Assembly (NCBI GenBank): GCA_964016885.1
Contig: OZ024754.1
Coordinates: forward strand, 35,464,001 to 35,528,000
DNA: 64,000 nucleotides
Source of the DNA: Eledone cirrhosa
Lineage: Eukaryota
Reading direction: 5' to 3'
Shown: positions 14,401 to 38,014 of the stretch, piece after piece
How positions within the stretch are numbered: position 1 is the stretch's first letter
Layout: every line of letters begins with the position of its first letter
The notes under the pieces: generated by a model
Database searches by the model: none
Told to the model about the DNA's origin: nothing
Seen by the model: only the letters and a program-made list of their open reading frames with translations
Position numbers and translations under genes: made by a program

Positions 14401-16182
14401 ATGTGTGTGTGCGTACTGTCACAAACTAACTGTTACTGTCACCGCCGCCAATGACAACAACAACAACGATGATTAGAAATAAGAAATAATAAGAAATAGG
14501 TAATGATTAATAAAATAAATTCGAACTGCTCTGTTGAAAATAACTAAATAACGTTATCAATAATTAATATTATCCGGTAATTATATATGTGTGTATATAT
14601 ACCTATATATATTCCCCCCCACTGTGTGTATGGGTGAGTGTGTATTTCTTATTGTTGCTGTTGTTATTATTATTACTATGATTAATATTTATGAGTGTTA
14701 CTACTCTTCCTATTCATCAGTTAAAATATATTCAACGATGCAGTAGTGTTGCTATTATATATATATATTATATCGAAACCACGTCTGTTCTCTCGCCTGT
14801 CTCTCCTGCAATAAATGTTAACGTTATTTTTTAACACATTTCTTACATCCACAGCGAAAGCAAAATAAAAATTTTTTTCACACGATATTTAGGGTTTTTT
14901 CTCCCCCCTTTTTTTCTTTATCTTTTCACCCAAAATGATGTTTGTTTTCACTAACGTTTTTTTTATATCTTTTAAAAATCTCCACTGCTACAGTTATATA
15001 ACATTAAAACAAACACATTTGAGGGAAAATCTCATTCATACAACAGGTTTTGTATTTTTTCTTTTTCTTTTTGTCTCGGAGGGGTGGGTACACAACATAC
15101 ATTGATTGTTACTTTTGCTTTTTTTTTTCGTTTTCGTTTATGTATAATTTTTTTTCTCTTTTTCAATTTTTTCCTTTTTTTTGTATAAATATATGTAATA
15201 TATATATTTAAATTTTATATTTTTTTTAGTTTTCTTTTATAATAATTTACATTCACAACATTCACACGTTTTGTTTTCAGCAGGGTTAGTTTGTCAGATG
15301 TATTTCACTACGGATGTGTTTGGCAAACTCTACATTAAATAAGAGCTTGTCATTGAAATTAGTTATGATTTTACACTCAGACTGCTAGTTATCCATTGAT
15401 GCTGCCGTTACAGAGTTACATATACCTATATGTATATTACATATAAACATATATACATTCAACGGTAAATATATACATGGATGTCTAGATTTTGGACTAT
15501 TTTTACACGACCTTTGGGCCACCAAGCACAAAAATGTCCATAAATTGTCTTCCTTTTTTAGACATGATAATCCTCTCACAGTAAAAAAAGATTAAAATTG
15601 CTTTTCATTTTATCTTTTGTATTTTTTTTCCTTCGTATTTTGTTCCTGGAATGGCGGGGTAATTGTATTTGAGGGATTCTCTGGTTTAAGTTAATGTAGA
15701 TAGCAATTTCCAATGGCAGAGAAATGCTTCATATAATGAAGACTTCATGCTCACTTCACGTAAATTGGTTGTTCTTGTTTGAGTAGTTTCCTTCGGCTTC
15801 CTTTCTGCAAAATTCCTTATTAAATTGACTCCTGAAAGGAAGGCTTACTAGTAAAAGAGCTTAGTCGGGCCCTCTTCTCGTCAATCCATTGAAATGTATC
15901 ATACTTTTTATCCTTCTGTGCTGGTAGAAACCCGTTTTTCTGTGGTCGTAACCCGTCGCATTGTGGCGTATCTGCAACCATACGCTAGTACAGTAAACCA
16001 GCACTCAGAACAGCGAGAGATTTCAGATGCCCGGATTAAGAAACGAAAGCGAGGCTCTAGCGTCAGGCATATATAGCTGTCAGCCGATAATGATGATTTG
16101 CTATGGTAGCATTAATGTAAGAAGTGTGCAGTTGATGCGCTTGTTGCTTCAACTAAAAGCGACATAAATGAAAAGATGTCGC
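11030..16182 (-). other. Putative terminal exon and long 3'UTR of an unidentified host gene
   Basis: About 5 kb without recognisable TEs or long satellites. Minus-strand acceptor CTTTGCAG|GC at 16183/16182, then a short ORF (GDIFSFMSLLVEATSASTAHFLH*, stop 16112-16114 if phase 1). GC content falls toward 11 kb. Inference only. Confidence 0.35.
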
Positions 16183-16654
16183 CTGCAAAGCATATGGATA
16201 TCACAAGTCAATAGAAGCATTAGAAACAACTCAAATGAGAGAACATTTCTTAATTATTTATTACACAACTACATATAACAAACACTTAATCATATTCTCC
16301 ATCATTACTTTTAGCTGCATTCATTATGTGAATGACAGATTGTCGCAAAAGGATGTTTGCCGTGTATGAATTACTTGGAAAAGATTAACAAGGCAATATT
16401 TCAAACATAAAATTAGTAGATTCTTCCAATTTCAGGTTATCATATCACGATGAAAAAAGGAACGAAAAAGGATGCTGAGAATATGAGAATAAAAAGAGTA
16501 CAAAAGCAAATGTACTCCGAAAAACGTAGCTCTATAAACATATATTACATATATATAAAACATCTACCTACAGATATTATTCACACACACGCAGAAACAC
16601 ATATGCATGCGTATATATATATATAGAGAGAGAGAGGGAGATGTGTATATAATT

Positions 16655-16701
<47 letters not shown>

Positions 16702-16779
16702 TGTGTATATAATTATATATATATATAAATATATATATATGCGTGTGTATAAATAATATATGTAATAGACGTGGCGTGT

Positions 16780-16823
<44 letters not shown>

Positions 16824-17087
16824 GTATTGAGAAAGAGAGAGACGAAACTGAAAGATATGTAGTGTATATATATATATATACATATATACAGCTGTATATA
16901 TACCGTAATATAAATAACTCCTTTAAAGAAATCAGAAAATATGCGCATATATATATAATATATATATTATATATATTATATATATATAATATATATATAT
17001 TATATAAGTATCAGAGCATATTTAAGAATGTATACAGATATATGTATAGTTTGAGAGATAATATTTATAATTCTCTCTAACTCTCAT

Positions 17088-26175
<9,088 letters not shown>

Positions 26176-26936
26176 AACAATAGACTACCTGTATTAGACA
26201 CAGAACTCTGGATTAACACTATAGACGAGAGAGCCCAAATTCTCCACTCACACTATGCTAAACCCATGGCCTCCAAATACCTGATACTCAAAAACTCAGC
26301 AATGTCCAGTAGTGCTAAGTTTAATATTCTGATCGCAGATTTGGTACGAGTGATGAAGAATGTGTCCAGCATGTGCGACCCAACAGAAATGGAAGGACAC
26401 ATCCAACACTTCATCAACCGCATGCAGTTCTCTGGCTACAACCAAAGAGACAGAGTCAGAGTATACGAAGGAGCCATGGAAAAGTATAAGACCCTCATAG
26501 AACTGGACATGAAAGGAATTTGCCCACTATACAGGAGCAAATCATGGAATAGCTTAGATAGGGCTAGACATAAGATAGGAAGGCCACATCATGGTACGAC
26601 AACCAGAGATATCAGAGTGTCATGTTTGTGGACGCCACCCCTGGAGGGAAATTAGCTAACCAGTGTAGAAAGGCCCTGAGAAAGACCCACTTAAAAATAA
26701 AGGTGGTAGAAAAAGCAGGAACCACCATAAAATCCCTGATCAGCAAAACCTACCCTTTTAAGAAAACCCACTGTACCAATAGGAAATGTATCATATGTAA
26801 GGTGAACCCCGGATAAACTGTAAACTAGAAACGTAGTCAATAGCATAAGATGTACAGAGGGTACTTGCAGAAACACGACAACAACATACATAGGTGAGAC
26901 AGCTCGTAGCATAGGTGAAAGAATAGACCAACACTG
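26176..26936 (+). mobile_element. Penelope-like retroelement fragment (RT C-terminus/thumb, Cys linker, GIY-YIG endonuclease); Naiad-like
   Basis: Reads [90 protein letters not shown] across three 1-nt frameshifts; 5'-truncated at (AT)n; runs into the gap. Clade assignment is from remembered motifs. Confidence 0.88.
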
Positions 26937-27136
26937 NNNNNNNNNNNNNNNNNNNNNNNNNNNNNNNNNNNNNNNNNNNNNNNNNNNNNNNNNNNNNNNN
27001 NNNNNNNNNNNNNNNNNNNNNNNNNNNNNNNNNNNNNNNNNNNNNNNNNNNNNNNNNNNNNNNNNNNNNNNNNNNNNNNNNNNNNNNNNNNNNNNNNNNN
27101 NNNNNNNNNNNNNNNNNNNNNNNNNNNNNNNNNNNN
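26937..27136. other. Assembly gap (200 N)
   Basis: Run of N. Confidence 1.
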
Positions 27137-27415
27137 GAGAGTGAGCGAGAGCGAGCGAGAGAATGTAACGTGCAGTTTCTGTAGGTGCACCCTGGTGAGC
27201 ACTTGATGGGTAGTTTCCAGTCAGTAAAGTGTTGTGGAACTGGTCAACATCATCGGATGCTTCCGGAGCCGCAGGATATTTTTTTTAGAGTTTCCAGGCG
27301 GAGGAACTCAACGGTCATCCAAATAGTTTTTTTTTTTTTTCACCTGGGAGTGGAAAGGCCCCCAGTTGTTGTCACAACACCTTTCTAGGAGAGGGAAACA
27401 TACATATATACATAC

Positions 27416-28004
27416 ATGGTGGCTGCCAACTCGTTTTCGAGTACGGCCACTACTTTATATCCATGTAGGAGAACCCCTACCGATGCGCTGAACGAGTGTG
27501 ACTTTTTAGTTCAGCCAGCGACTTGAAAACCCTGGTACAAACACTACACTTGTGACAATTATTGACACATAGTGCTGGGCCCATGGTACCATGTGACGAC
27601 AAGTGCAGAGACATCTCCAGATATAAAGCAATGCCTGTGCCGTGAAGCTTTTATAGTGAGCAAAGGTACTGCACAAAGCCAGTCCCACTTTCTTAACCAA
27701 GATGATATTTACCAAAAAGAAGATCAACTCACATCATTGGATACCCATCAGGGTTGCAGGTGGTATATCAGAGTTTTCCTTCTAGAATTCTGCCTTGACA
27801 AAAGCTAAGGGGTCATCTCTCCCGGTGATTTTGGATGGCCATTGACTCTGAAGAGCTCCTTTGCTCTTTGACGTGTTTTGTTTTTAGTCCTGCAGGATGT
27901 CCAAGAAACCTTGGTGAGGTTGCCAGTTTAGTCACCAACGACCCGACCATGAGACAGGTTGTACTGGGATACATGTTACCAGTAGCACCAACTGGTGACC
28001 TGAC
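27416..28004 (-). mobile_element. Non-autonomous RTE-LINE-derived element, copy 1 (near full length)
   Basis: Homologous to three other copies; 3' part encodes a C2H2 finger [22 protein letters not shown]; ends with stem-loop CTCG(AAAA)CGAG..GCAGCCACCAT at a microsatellite. Confidence 0.8.
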
Positions 28005-28439
28005 ATACATACATACATACATACATACTCATCTTAGCTTTGGTATTGTAAATCCAAGTATTAATGCTTTGATCTGTGTCAGAGTGATGGAGATGGGGAA
28101 GGGATGGAGAGAAGAGAGGAGGGAAAGACAGAGGAAATAATTGATATTTTCCCTCCTGGAGATCTGTTTCATTCTACCATATTTTCCTCATCTGCATACT
28201 TCATTTTCTCCTTACCTCATCCTTCCCCTCTCTACTAACATCAGTGCTACCTTCTTACAGTCATCCATGACACCATAAACATCATCATCTTCAACACTAA
28301 GATCATCATCATCATCTATACTAGCATCATCATCATCACCACTAAGATCAGCATCATCATCATCATCATCTAACATCAACATCATCATCACTAACATCAC
28401 AATATTAATAACATAATATCAAAAGCAACATTGAACCAG

Positions 28440-28830
28440 CTACACTACCACCACCACCTATTACACTATCACCACCACAAACATCTATACACTACCACCA
28501 CCACCTATACACTACCACCACCACCACCACAAACATCTATACACCACCACATCTATACACTATCACCACCACAAACATCTATACACTACCACCACCACCT
28601 ATACACCACCACCACCTATACACTACCACCACCTATACACTATCATCACCAACTATACACTACCATCACCACAAACATCTATACACCACCACCACAAACA
28701 TCTATACACTACCACCACCTATACACTATCACCACCACAAACATCTATACACTACCACCCCACCACAAACATCTATACACCACCATCTATACACTATCAC
28801 CACCACAAACATCTATACACCACCACCAAT
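28440..28830. repeat. CAC-rich minisatellite (ACATCTATACACTACCACC variants)
   Basis: Directly visible. Confidence 0.85.
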
Positions 28831-29111
28831 CTATTACATGCTCTCTCTCTCTCACACACACACACACACGTACTTCTCTTAACATTTCTCATCTGATCTA
28901 ATCTTATTCAACATGGAATCAATGCCACATCTTTCTCCATCTACCACCTCCTTAGTATGATGTCCACCAGGCGACAGCTGGCCGTAATACGGCCGCTACC
29001 GACCATTTATTGATACTCAAATATATTTGAACACTGAGGAAATAAAACGCAGAGAGAGAGGAGAGGAGAGAGAGAGAGAGAGTGAGAGGAGAGAGAGAGA
29101 GAGATGAGAGA

Positions 29112-29209
<98 letters not shown>

Positions 29210-30050
29210 ATGAGCGCGCGCATGCGTGATATAATGGGCATTTACGTCTGTGTAAATTTAAGCAAGCATGTCTTTATCTCTGGATTTCCTTAAGTTGCTC
29301 GCACATTGCTCAGTTTGTTGTTGTTTTTTTCGGTTTTTTTTTTCACTGTTTTCTCTTTTCTCCCTTTTGCTTCCCTTCCCTCCTTCCCTCCGTTTTCCCA
29401 ATAACTTATCCAGTTATTGGCATCCTAGGGCGAGATATATTGTCTTTAAAGCGTAGAAATATCCGGGGGCCACCAGTTGACAACTGATGAGGAAAACTCC
29501 CCCCCCCCCCCGTTCTTGCTTTCTTCGTATTCCCACTGCATTTTAAGTTACCTTAAATACCAACTACACAGCCATTTCTATCTCTATATATATATATATA
29601 GAGAGAGAGAGAGATATATATATAATATGGATGAGGTGTCAAATTTTCATCACGTTTATTGAGCTGTAACACGCGTTTCGCGATTGATCAGCTCAAGGTT
29701 AGATCTGTAGTTTAAACGCAGATTCTGTTCAAGGTTTATATTAAGAGTACACAGCTTTGTAGAATACTCTTTGAGTGTAACACTTTTGACGATTTTTCCG
29801 TGGGCGCGGCTGAGGCACCGCTTAGACTGGGGTGTAGTGTCTGTCCCTCCCTCTCCCATTTCTTTCGTTGTTTGAACCTTCTTTTCTCTTCTTTTCCCCC
29901 TGCCTTTAATATCAAGTTTTGTTTTTATTAGACTCGGCTCAATTATTTTTATATAATGTCAATGGCTTTTCATGACATTGTCAAATTCTGTATATTGAAT
30001 AACTAAATCTAGAAATGTGGATAGAAAAGGAAAACTTTTTGAATTATAAT

Positions 30051-30230
30051 TGTTTCTACTTTAGGCACAAGGCTAGCAATTACCCAGTACATTACTGGTA
30101 CTTTATTTTATCGACCCCGTAAGGATGAAAGGCAAAGTTAACCTCAGCGGGATTTGAACTCAAACCGTAAAGGGACGTAACTATGCTAGAAAGCATGGCG
30201 TCCAACCCTCTACCGATACTGTCAATTCAC
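30051..30230 (-). mobile_element. Major tRNA-derived SINE copy
   Basis: Near full-length match to 49816-49999. Confidence 0.85.
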
Positions 30231-30939
30231 TATAATGAAATTCAGTCTTTATTTCAATGAGTCGGCGGAAACTCGACAGAATTGTCGGTGCTATTAAGTT
30301 AGACATGTCCTGGGGCAATACTGGCCGAAAGTTATCAAAGTACCAGATAGAGTACTGAGACGTATTTCTTCCGACTCTTTATTGTCTCACTTCAAATTCT
30401 ACCGAGATCGTTAAATAAAGTACCAATTCAATACTAGGATTAATTCGTCCTTTCTATCTTTCTGGAAGACTGTGTTCCGATCTAGAAAAGGATAGGCTCT
30501 ACCAGATATATAAGTCCAAGATATGCCGTATATAACGACGGTGCCTCTACAATTACATCGGGAGTTAAATCCCTATGACAGGCTTCGTTCGATGTTTGAT
30601 TTATTTCACGTTGCTCCGGTTTACTCAGCTGTAGAAATAAGATGATAGGACTGGGGTTCCTATCATTAAATCACCCAAGACACCTCCAACGAGATATACC
30701 TTGGAGGAGGCCAGCTAAACCTGCATAGGTGGGAGCTGTCACACACACACACACACACTTTATGATTGTATTTTCACAGTAAACACTTTATTTCACATAA
30801 TTATCTCACATAATATTGAACCTACGAGATTTTGATATTATTTATTTTGAGAATAATACCTTAACATAAGTATGAACAGCTGGTTGTGGCCGTTTGAACC
30901 GAAACAAGTGAGGGAATTCTGGCCGGATATGGCCGGTTT

Positions 30940-31092
30940 AAATACTTGACTGGTACGTGATTTTATAGATTTCAGAAGGATGAAAGGCAAAGATGTTCTC
31001 GGCGAGATTTGGTCTCATAACGTAAAAAGTCGTAACTAAATAGCGCAAAACATTTTGTCCTACGCTCTACCGATTCTGCTAACCCACTGCCC
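30940..31092 (-). mobile_element. Degenerate major-family SINE
   Basis: CTGGTAC..AAGGATGAAAGGCAAAG..CTCTACCGATTCTGC. Confidence 0.7.
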
Positions 31093-31179
31093 TAAGCCGT
31101 GAAGCCATTGATTGGTAGCTATCTATGGTTCCATCATGTAAAAGTTCAGGGATTCGATGCGCAACATGTATGGGGCTTA

Positions 31180-31382
31180 TGGGGTCCGCTGAAAAGTTCA
31201 TTGGCTGATTGTGAAGGAGTGATGCTAGAGCTGTTAAATCTTGCATGCATTAATTTCACCCCTTTCTTATTAGTAACTGCATTGTTTTTTTTTTTCCAGG
31301 GACTATATTGAAAAATAAACTTTATTTGGTCATTCCATGAGAGTATCTTGGTCAGTCTATGAACTTTTTCAGCCGACCCTCG
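31180..31382. mobile_element. Mariner-type MITE (~200 bp)
   Basis: TA|TGGGGTCCGCTGAAAAGTTCATTGGCTGA ... TCAGTCTATGAACTTTTTCAGCCGACCCTCG|TA; TIRs of about 30 bp. Confidence 0.8.
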
Positions 31383-31689
31383 TAATTTTAAAACCACATC
31401 TAGAATTTTCTCCCAATCGAAATATTAAGAGATCGATCATTCGACAATTAAAATCTTTATTCAATAAAATAGGTTTTTGAAGGCGATCGGTTCCAGAAAG
31501 GGCTTCTTTCATCAATATTTATAAGTTGTGTGTCATAACACAGCTTCACCGACGCATACGATCATTTATTTGTGAACGATTGGCGTCCATTACTTTTCAT
31601 GAAATATGGGTCAGTGAGGCAGCAGCAGCAGCCAACGGTAAAACCTAGCAGAATATATAAATTTGAGCGACTTCCGTCCGTCACACAAT

Positions 31690-32680
31690 GTGTATGTGTG
31701 TGCGCTTGAGTGAATGTATTTGTGTGTTTATGTGAATATATTTGTGTGAATGTATTTATGTGAATGTATTTATTTGTGTGTGTGTGTGTGCGTGCGTGCG
31801 TGCGCGCGCGCTTGAGTGAATGTATATGTCTGTTTTCGTGAATGTATGTGTGTGTGTTTGAGTGAATGTATTTGCGTGTTTGTGTGAATGTATGTGTGCG
31901 TGTGTAAAACGGAAGGAAGGGGGTGGTAAAAACAGCTATAGCAAAACAGTGGCTGGCGTTCCATTTGCTACATTGTGTGCGAGTGAGTGTTTGCGTGAAT
32001 GTATGTGTGTGTTTGCGTGAATGTATGTGTGTGTTTGCGTGAATGTATGTGTGTGTTTGCGTGAATGTATGTGCGTGTTTGCGTGAGTGAGTGAGTGAGT
32101 GAGTGAGTGAGTGAGTGAGTGAGTGAGTGAGTGAGTGAGTGAGTGAGTGAGTGAGTGAGTGAGTGAGTGTGTGTGTGTGTGTGTGTTTGAGTGAATGTAT
32201 GTGTGTGTGTGTGTGTGTGTTTGAGTGAATGTATGTGTGTGTGTGTGTTTGAGTGAATGTATGTGTGTGTGTGTGTTTGAGTGAATGTATGTGTGTGTGT
32301 GTGTTTGAGTGAATGTATGTGTGTGTGTGTTTGAGTGAATGTATGTGTGTGTTTGAGTGAATGTATGCGCGTGTAAAAGGAAGGAAGGGGATGGTAAAAA
32401 CAACTATAGTAAAACAGTGGCTGGCGTTCCATTTGCTACATTGTGTGTGAGTATGTGTAAATGTATGTTGGCGTGTGTTTGAGTGAATGTATGTGTATGT
32501 GTGTGTGTGTTTGAGTGAATGTGTGTGTATGTGTGTGTGTGTTTGAGTGAATGTATGTGTATGTGTGTGTGTGTTTGAGTGAATGTGTGTGTATGTGTGT
32601 GTGTGTTTGAGTGAATGTATGTGTGTGTGAGTGAATGTATGTGTGTGAGTGAGTGTGTATTTCTGTAAGTGTGTCTGTGT
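31690..32680. repeat. (GT)n/(GAGT)n/GAGTGAATGTAT compound repeat
   Basis: Directly visible; contains a duplicated ~78-bp unique segment. Confidence 0.9.
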
Positions 32681-32904
32681 TTGCGCGTTTATATTTATAT
32701 ACTCATACATATAACATAAATGTATGCCTATGCACATACACACACACACACATATATACATAGGCGTCAGCGTGTTGAAAACAATTCTAGTACTTATATA
32801 ACCGACATTGTTTGGCTGTCACACGTGTGGTAATGATGAAAGATTCAAATACATAAGCCACATAGTTCCCTCGTCTTGTGTGTAGAAAGGATGAAAGGCG
32901 AAAG

Positions 32905-33470
32905 ACGTGGAAACGACGAAACACGTGTGTGGAAATGACGAAAGGCGTGCGTGGGAAAGACGAAAGGCGTGTGTGGGAAATGACGGAAGACGTCTGTGGG
33001 AAATGACGGAAGGCGTGTGTGGGAAATGACGGAAGACGTCTGTGGGAAATGACGGAAGGCGTGTGTGGGAAATGACGGAAGGCGTGTGTGGGAAATGACG
33101 GAAGGCGTGTGTGGGAAATGACGGAAGGCGTCTGTGGGAAAAACGGAAGACGTGTGTGGAAATGACGGTTGACGGGTGTGGAAATGACGGTTGACGGGTG
33201 TGGAAATGACGGTTGACGGGTGTGGAAATGATGGTTGACGGTAGACGTGTGTGGAAATGGCGGATGACGTATGTGTGGATTGACGGTTGATGTGTGTGTG
33301 GAAATAACGGAAGACCCGTGTGGAAATGAAGGGCGTGTGTAGAAATGAGAAGGCGTGTGTGGAAATGAGAAGGCGCGTGTGGAAATGAGAAGACGTGTAG
33401 AAATGAGAAGGCGTGTGTGGAAATGAGAAGGCGTGTGTGGAAATGAGAAGGCGTGTGTGGAAATGACGGA
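32905..33470. repeat. 20-23-bp minisatellite (GTGTGTGGGAAATGACGGAAGGC variants)
   Basis: Directly visible, with three sub-blocks of unit variants. Confidence 0.9.
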
Positions 33471-33659
33471 CGCCTCGGGTCCATAAGGCGAAACTGCAGA
33501 AGATGCAATATAGTTGCAGTTGTCATAGATACCGTTGCGAACATCCAATCGATATTTCCGTAGTAACGAAATCATTTTAGCATCAGATGAGTTAATTCCT
33601 CTACGAGCAGACGATACATTAAACGTGTATACACGGCTACACACAGATTACACACAGAT

Positions 33660-34517
33660 ATAGGTACTCACACAACACACGCTCACACACATATTCGCAC
33701 ATACACAGATTTATAGACACATACACTCACACATGCAGATATATACACACATATACAGATACACAGATATATACACACATATACAGATACACAGATATAT
33801 ACATAGATATATACACATATACGCACATACATGTACAGATATATACATGCACACATACATACACATATATATATACACACACACACATACACATATATAT
33901 ATATACACACACACACATACACATATATATACACACACACACATACACATATATATACACACACACACATACACATATATATACACACACACACATACAC
34001 ATATATATACACACACACACATACACATATATATACACACACACACATACACATATATATACACACACACACATACACATATATATATATATACACACAC
34101 ACATATATATACGCACATTCACGCACAGATATATACACACATACACGCACACACATATATACACACACACGCACATATATGCACGCACACATATATACAC
34201 ACATACACGCACACATATATATATATACGCACACATAAACAGATATATATGCAGGCATACACGCACACACAAACACACCTGTTCAAGCAGGCAATTCAAT
34301 AGCGAGCACATAGTCATACACACATTATATACACATATGTGCATGCGCACGCAAATTCTCGCACATGCGTGCACACAAACATTACAGCATACACAAAGGC
34401 AGAAAGCACGTGCTGATAGGCCTGTGTCTCAGTATGTATATCCCCGCAGATCAGTGGGTGTATGTGTGTGCGCTCGCGCTGTACTCTTTTTATATATATG
34501 TGTGTGTGGGGGTGCAT

Positions 34518-34573
<56 letters not shown>

Positions 34574-34860
34574 GCGTGTGCGTTTGTATGGGTGCATGTG
34601 TGTGTGTGTGCATGTGTGTGTGTGTGTGGGTGCAGGTGTGTGTGGGTGCATGTGTGTGTGCGCTCGCGTTATATTCTTTTTATATACATTTGTGTGTGTG
34701 CGTGTGTGCATGTGTGTGCGTGTGCTCGCGCTGTATTTAAAAAAAAATATATATGTGTGTGTGTCTGTGTGTGCGCGTGCGTGTATGTGTGTGTGTGTGT
34801 TCGCGCTGTACTTTTTTAAATATATATTTGAGTGTGTGTGGGGTGGGGGATGCATGTGTG
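33660..34860. repeat. (AC)/(AT) then (GT) compound microsatellites
   Basis: Directly visible. Confidence 0.9.
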
Positions 34861-35052
34861 TGAATATAATTGTAAACATGGTGGCCTACTCCCTATACGC
34901 ATGCTCATGCATGTAGAAATACGCAAATGAAACACATCTGGCGATATTAAATATCGCTGCATTACTATAATATAAAAAAGAAAGTTCTTTGTATATATCA
35001 ATATATATTTATATACGTATATGCATGTATACATACATGTACACAGATAAAC

Positions 35053-35093
<41 letters not shown>

Positions 35094-35111
35094 TACACAT
35101 TATATATATAT

Positions 35112-35571
35112 ATGGTGGCTGCCAACTCGTTTTCGAGTACGGCCACTACTTTATATCCATGTAGGAGAACCCCTACTGATGCGCTGAACGAGTGTGACTT
35201 TTTAGTCCAGCCAGCGACTTGAAAGCTCTGGTACAAACACTACACTTGTGACAATCATTGACACATAGTGCTGGGCCCATGGTACCATGTGACGACAAAT
35301 GCAGAGAGATCTCCAGATATAAAGCAATGCCTGTGCCGTGAAGCTTTTATAGTGAGCAAAGGCACTGCACAAAGCCAGTCCCACTCTCTTAACCAAGATG
35401 ATATTTACCAAAAAGAAGAACAAGTCAACATCATTGGATACCATCAGGGTTGCAGGTGTTATATCAGAGTTTTCCTTCTCCTAGAATTCTGCCTTGACAA
35501 AGGCTAAGGGGTCATCTCTCCCGGTGATTTTGGATGGCCATTGACTCTTAAGAGCTCCTTTGCCTTTTGAC
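35112..35571 (-). mobile_element. Non-autonomous RTE-derived element, copy 2 (5'-truncated)
   Basis: Same 3' end as the other copies; shorter 5' end; microsatellite flanks. Confidence 0.8.
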
Positions 35572-36873
35572 ATACATATATACACATATACATACATACA
35601 TATATACACACACACATACATACATACATACACACATACATATACACATATACATACATACATATACATATACATACATACATATACATACATACACATA
35701 CACATACATACATACATACATATACATACATATATATACACATACACATACATACATATACATATACATACATACACATATACACACATACATACATACA
35801 TACATATACATACATACACACATATACATACATACACACATATACATACATACACACATATACACATACATACATACATATACATATACACACACATACA
35901 TATATATATATATACATACATACACATATACATATACATACATACATATATACATATACATACATACACACATATACATACACATATACATATACATACA
36001 TATACACATACACATACATATATATATACACATACATACACATACACATATACATATACATAAATATATACATATATATACACATACATACACATACATA
36101 CACATATACATACATATATATACATATATACATAAATATATATATATATATACACATACATACATATATACACACATACATATACATAAGTACACATATA
36201 TACATACATATACATACACATACATATACATACACATATATATATATACATATACACAAATACATATATATACATATACATATACATACATATACACACA
36301 TACACACATACATACATATATATATACACATACACACACATACATATACATACACATACATACACATATACACATACATATACATACATACACATACATA
36401 CACATATACATACATACACATACACATACATACATATACATATACATACATATACATACATATATATACATATACACATACATATATATATATACACCTA
36501 CATACATATACATATATACATATACATACATACATATATATACACATACATACATATATATATATACATATACATACACACATACATATACACATACATA
36601 CACATATATATATACATATACATACATACATATATATACATATACATACATACATACATATACACACACATACATACATATATATACATATACATACATA
36701 TACATATACACACATACATACACATATATACATACATATACATACACGCATACATACATACATATACATACATATACGTACACATACACATATACATATA
36801 CATACACACACATACATATACATACATACATATATATACATACATACATACATATATACATACATACATACAT
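35572..36873. repeat. (ACAT/ACATAT)n compound microsatellite
   Basis: Directly visible. Confidence 0.95.
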
Positions 36874-37483
36874 ATGGTGGCTGCCAACTCGTTTTCGAGT
36901 ACGGCCACTACTTTATAACCATGTAGGAGAACCCCTACCGATACGCTGAACGAGTGTGACTTTTTAGTCCAGCCAGCAACTTGAAAACTCTGGTACAAAC
37001 ACTACACTTGTGACAATTATTGACACATAGTGCTGGGCCCATGGTACCATGTAATGACAAGTGCAGAGAGATCTCCAGATACAAAGCAATGCCTGTGCCG
37101 TGAAGCTTTTATAGTGAGCAAAGGCACTGCACAAAGCCAGTCCCACTCTCTTAACCAAGATGATATTTACCAAAAAGAAGAACAAGTCAACATCATTGGA
37201 TACCATCAGGGTTGCAGGTGTTATATCAGAGTTTTCCTTCTCCTAGAATTCTGCCTTGACAAAGGCTAAGGGGTCATCTCTCCCGGTGATTTTGGATGGC
37301 CATTGACTCTTAAGAGCTCCTTTGCCCTTTGACAGGTTTTGTTTTTAGTCCTGCAGGATGTCCAAAGTCACCCTCCTCACCAAGAAACCTTAGTGGGGTT
37401 GCCAGTTTAGTCGCCAACGACCCGACCATGAGACAGGTTGTACTGGGATACATGTTACCAGTAGCACCAAGTGGTGACCTGAC
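36874..37483 (-). mobile_element. Non-autonomous RTE-derived element, copy 3 (full length, ~610 bp)
   Basis: 5' end GTCAGGTCACC identical to copy 1; same C2H2 finger and 3' stem-loop. Confidence 0.82.
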
Positions 37484-37524
37484 ATAAATATATATATATA
37501 CACACATATATACACACACATATA

Positions 37525-37556
<32 letters not shown>

Positions 37557-37607
37557 CACACATATATATATACACACACACACATATATACACACACACA
37601 TATATAT

Positions 37608-37676
<69 letters not shown>

Positions 37677-37915
37677 TATATACACACACACACATATATA
37701 CACACACACACACATATATACACACACACACACATATATACACACACACACATATACACACACACACATATATACACACACACACACATATATACACACA
37801 CACACACATATATATACACACACACACACATATATATATATACACACATATATATATATACACACATATATATACACACACATATATATACACACACACA
37901 CATACACACACACAC

Positions 37916-37979
<64 letters not shown>

Positions 37980-38014
37980 GTACACACACACATTTATATA
38001 TATATAGTAATAAT

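Noticed and set aside
26770-26870. Selenocysteine recoding, as reported for some Naiad PLEs
   Set aside because: All visible linker and endonuclease cysteines use TGT or TGC; there is no in-frame TGA.
29484-29500. CTGATGA as a hammerhead core (also a minus-strand CTGATGA near 55805)
   Set aside because: No stem II-GAAA-stem III arrangement follows.
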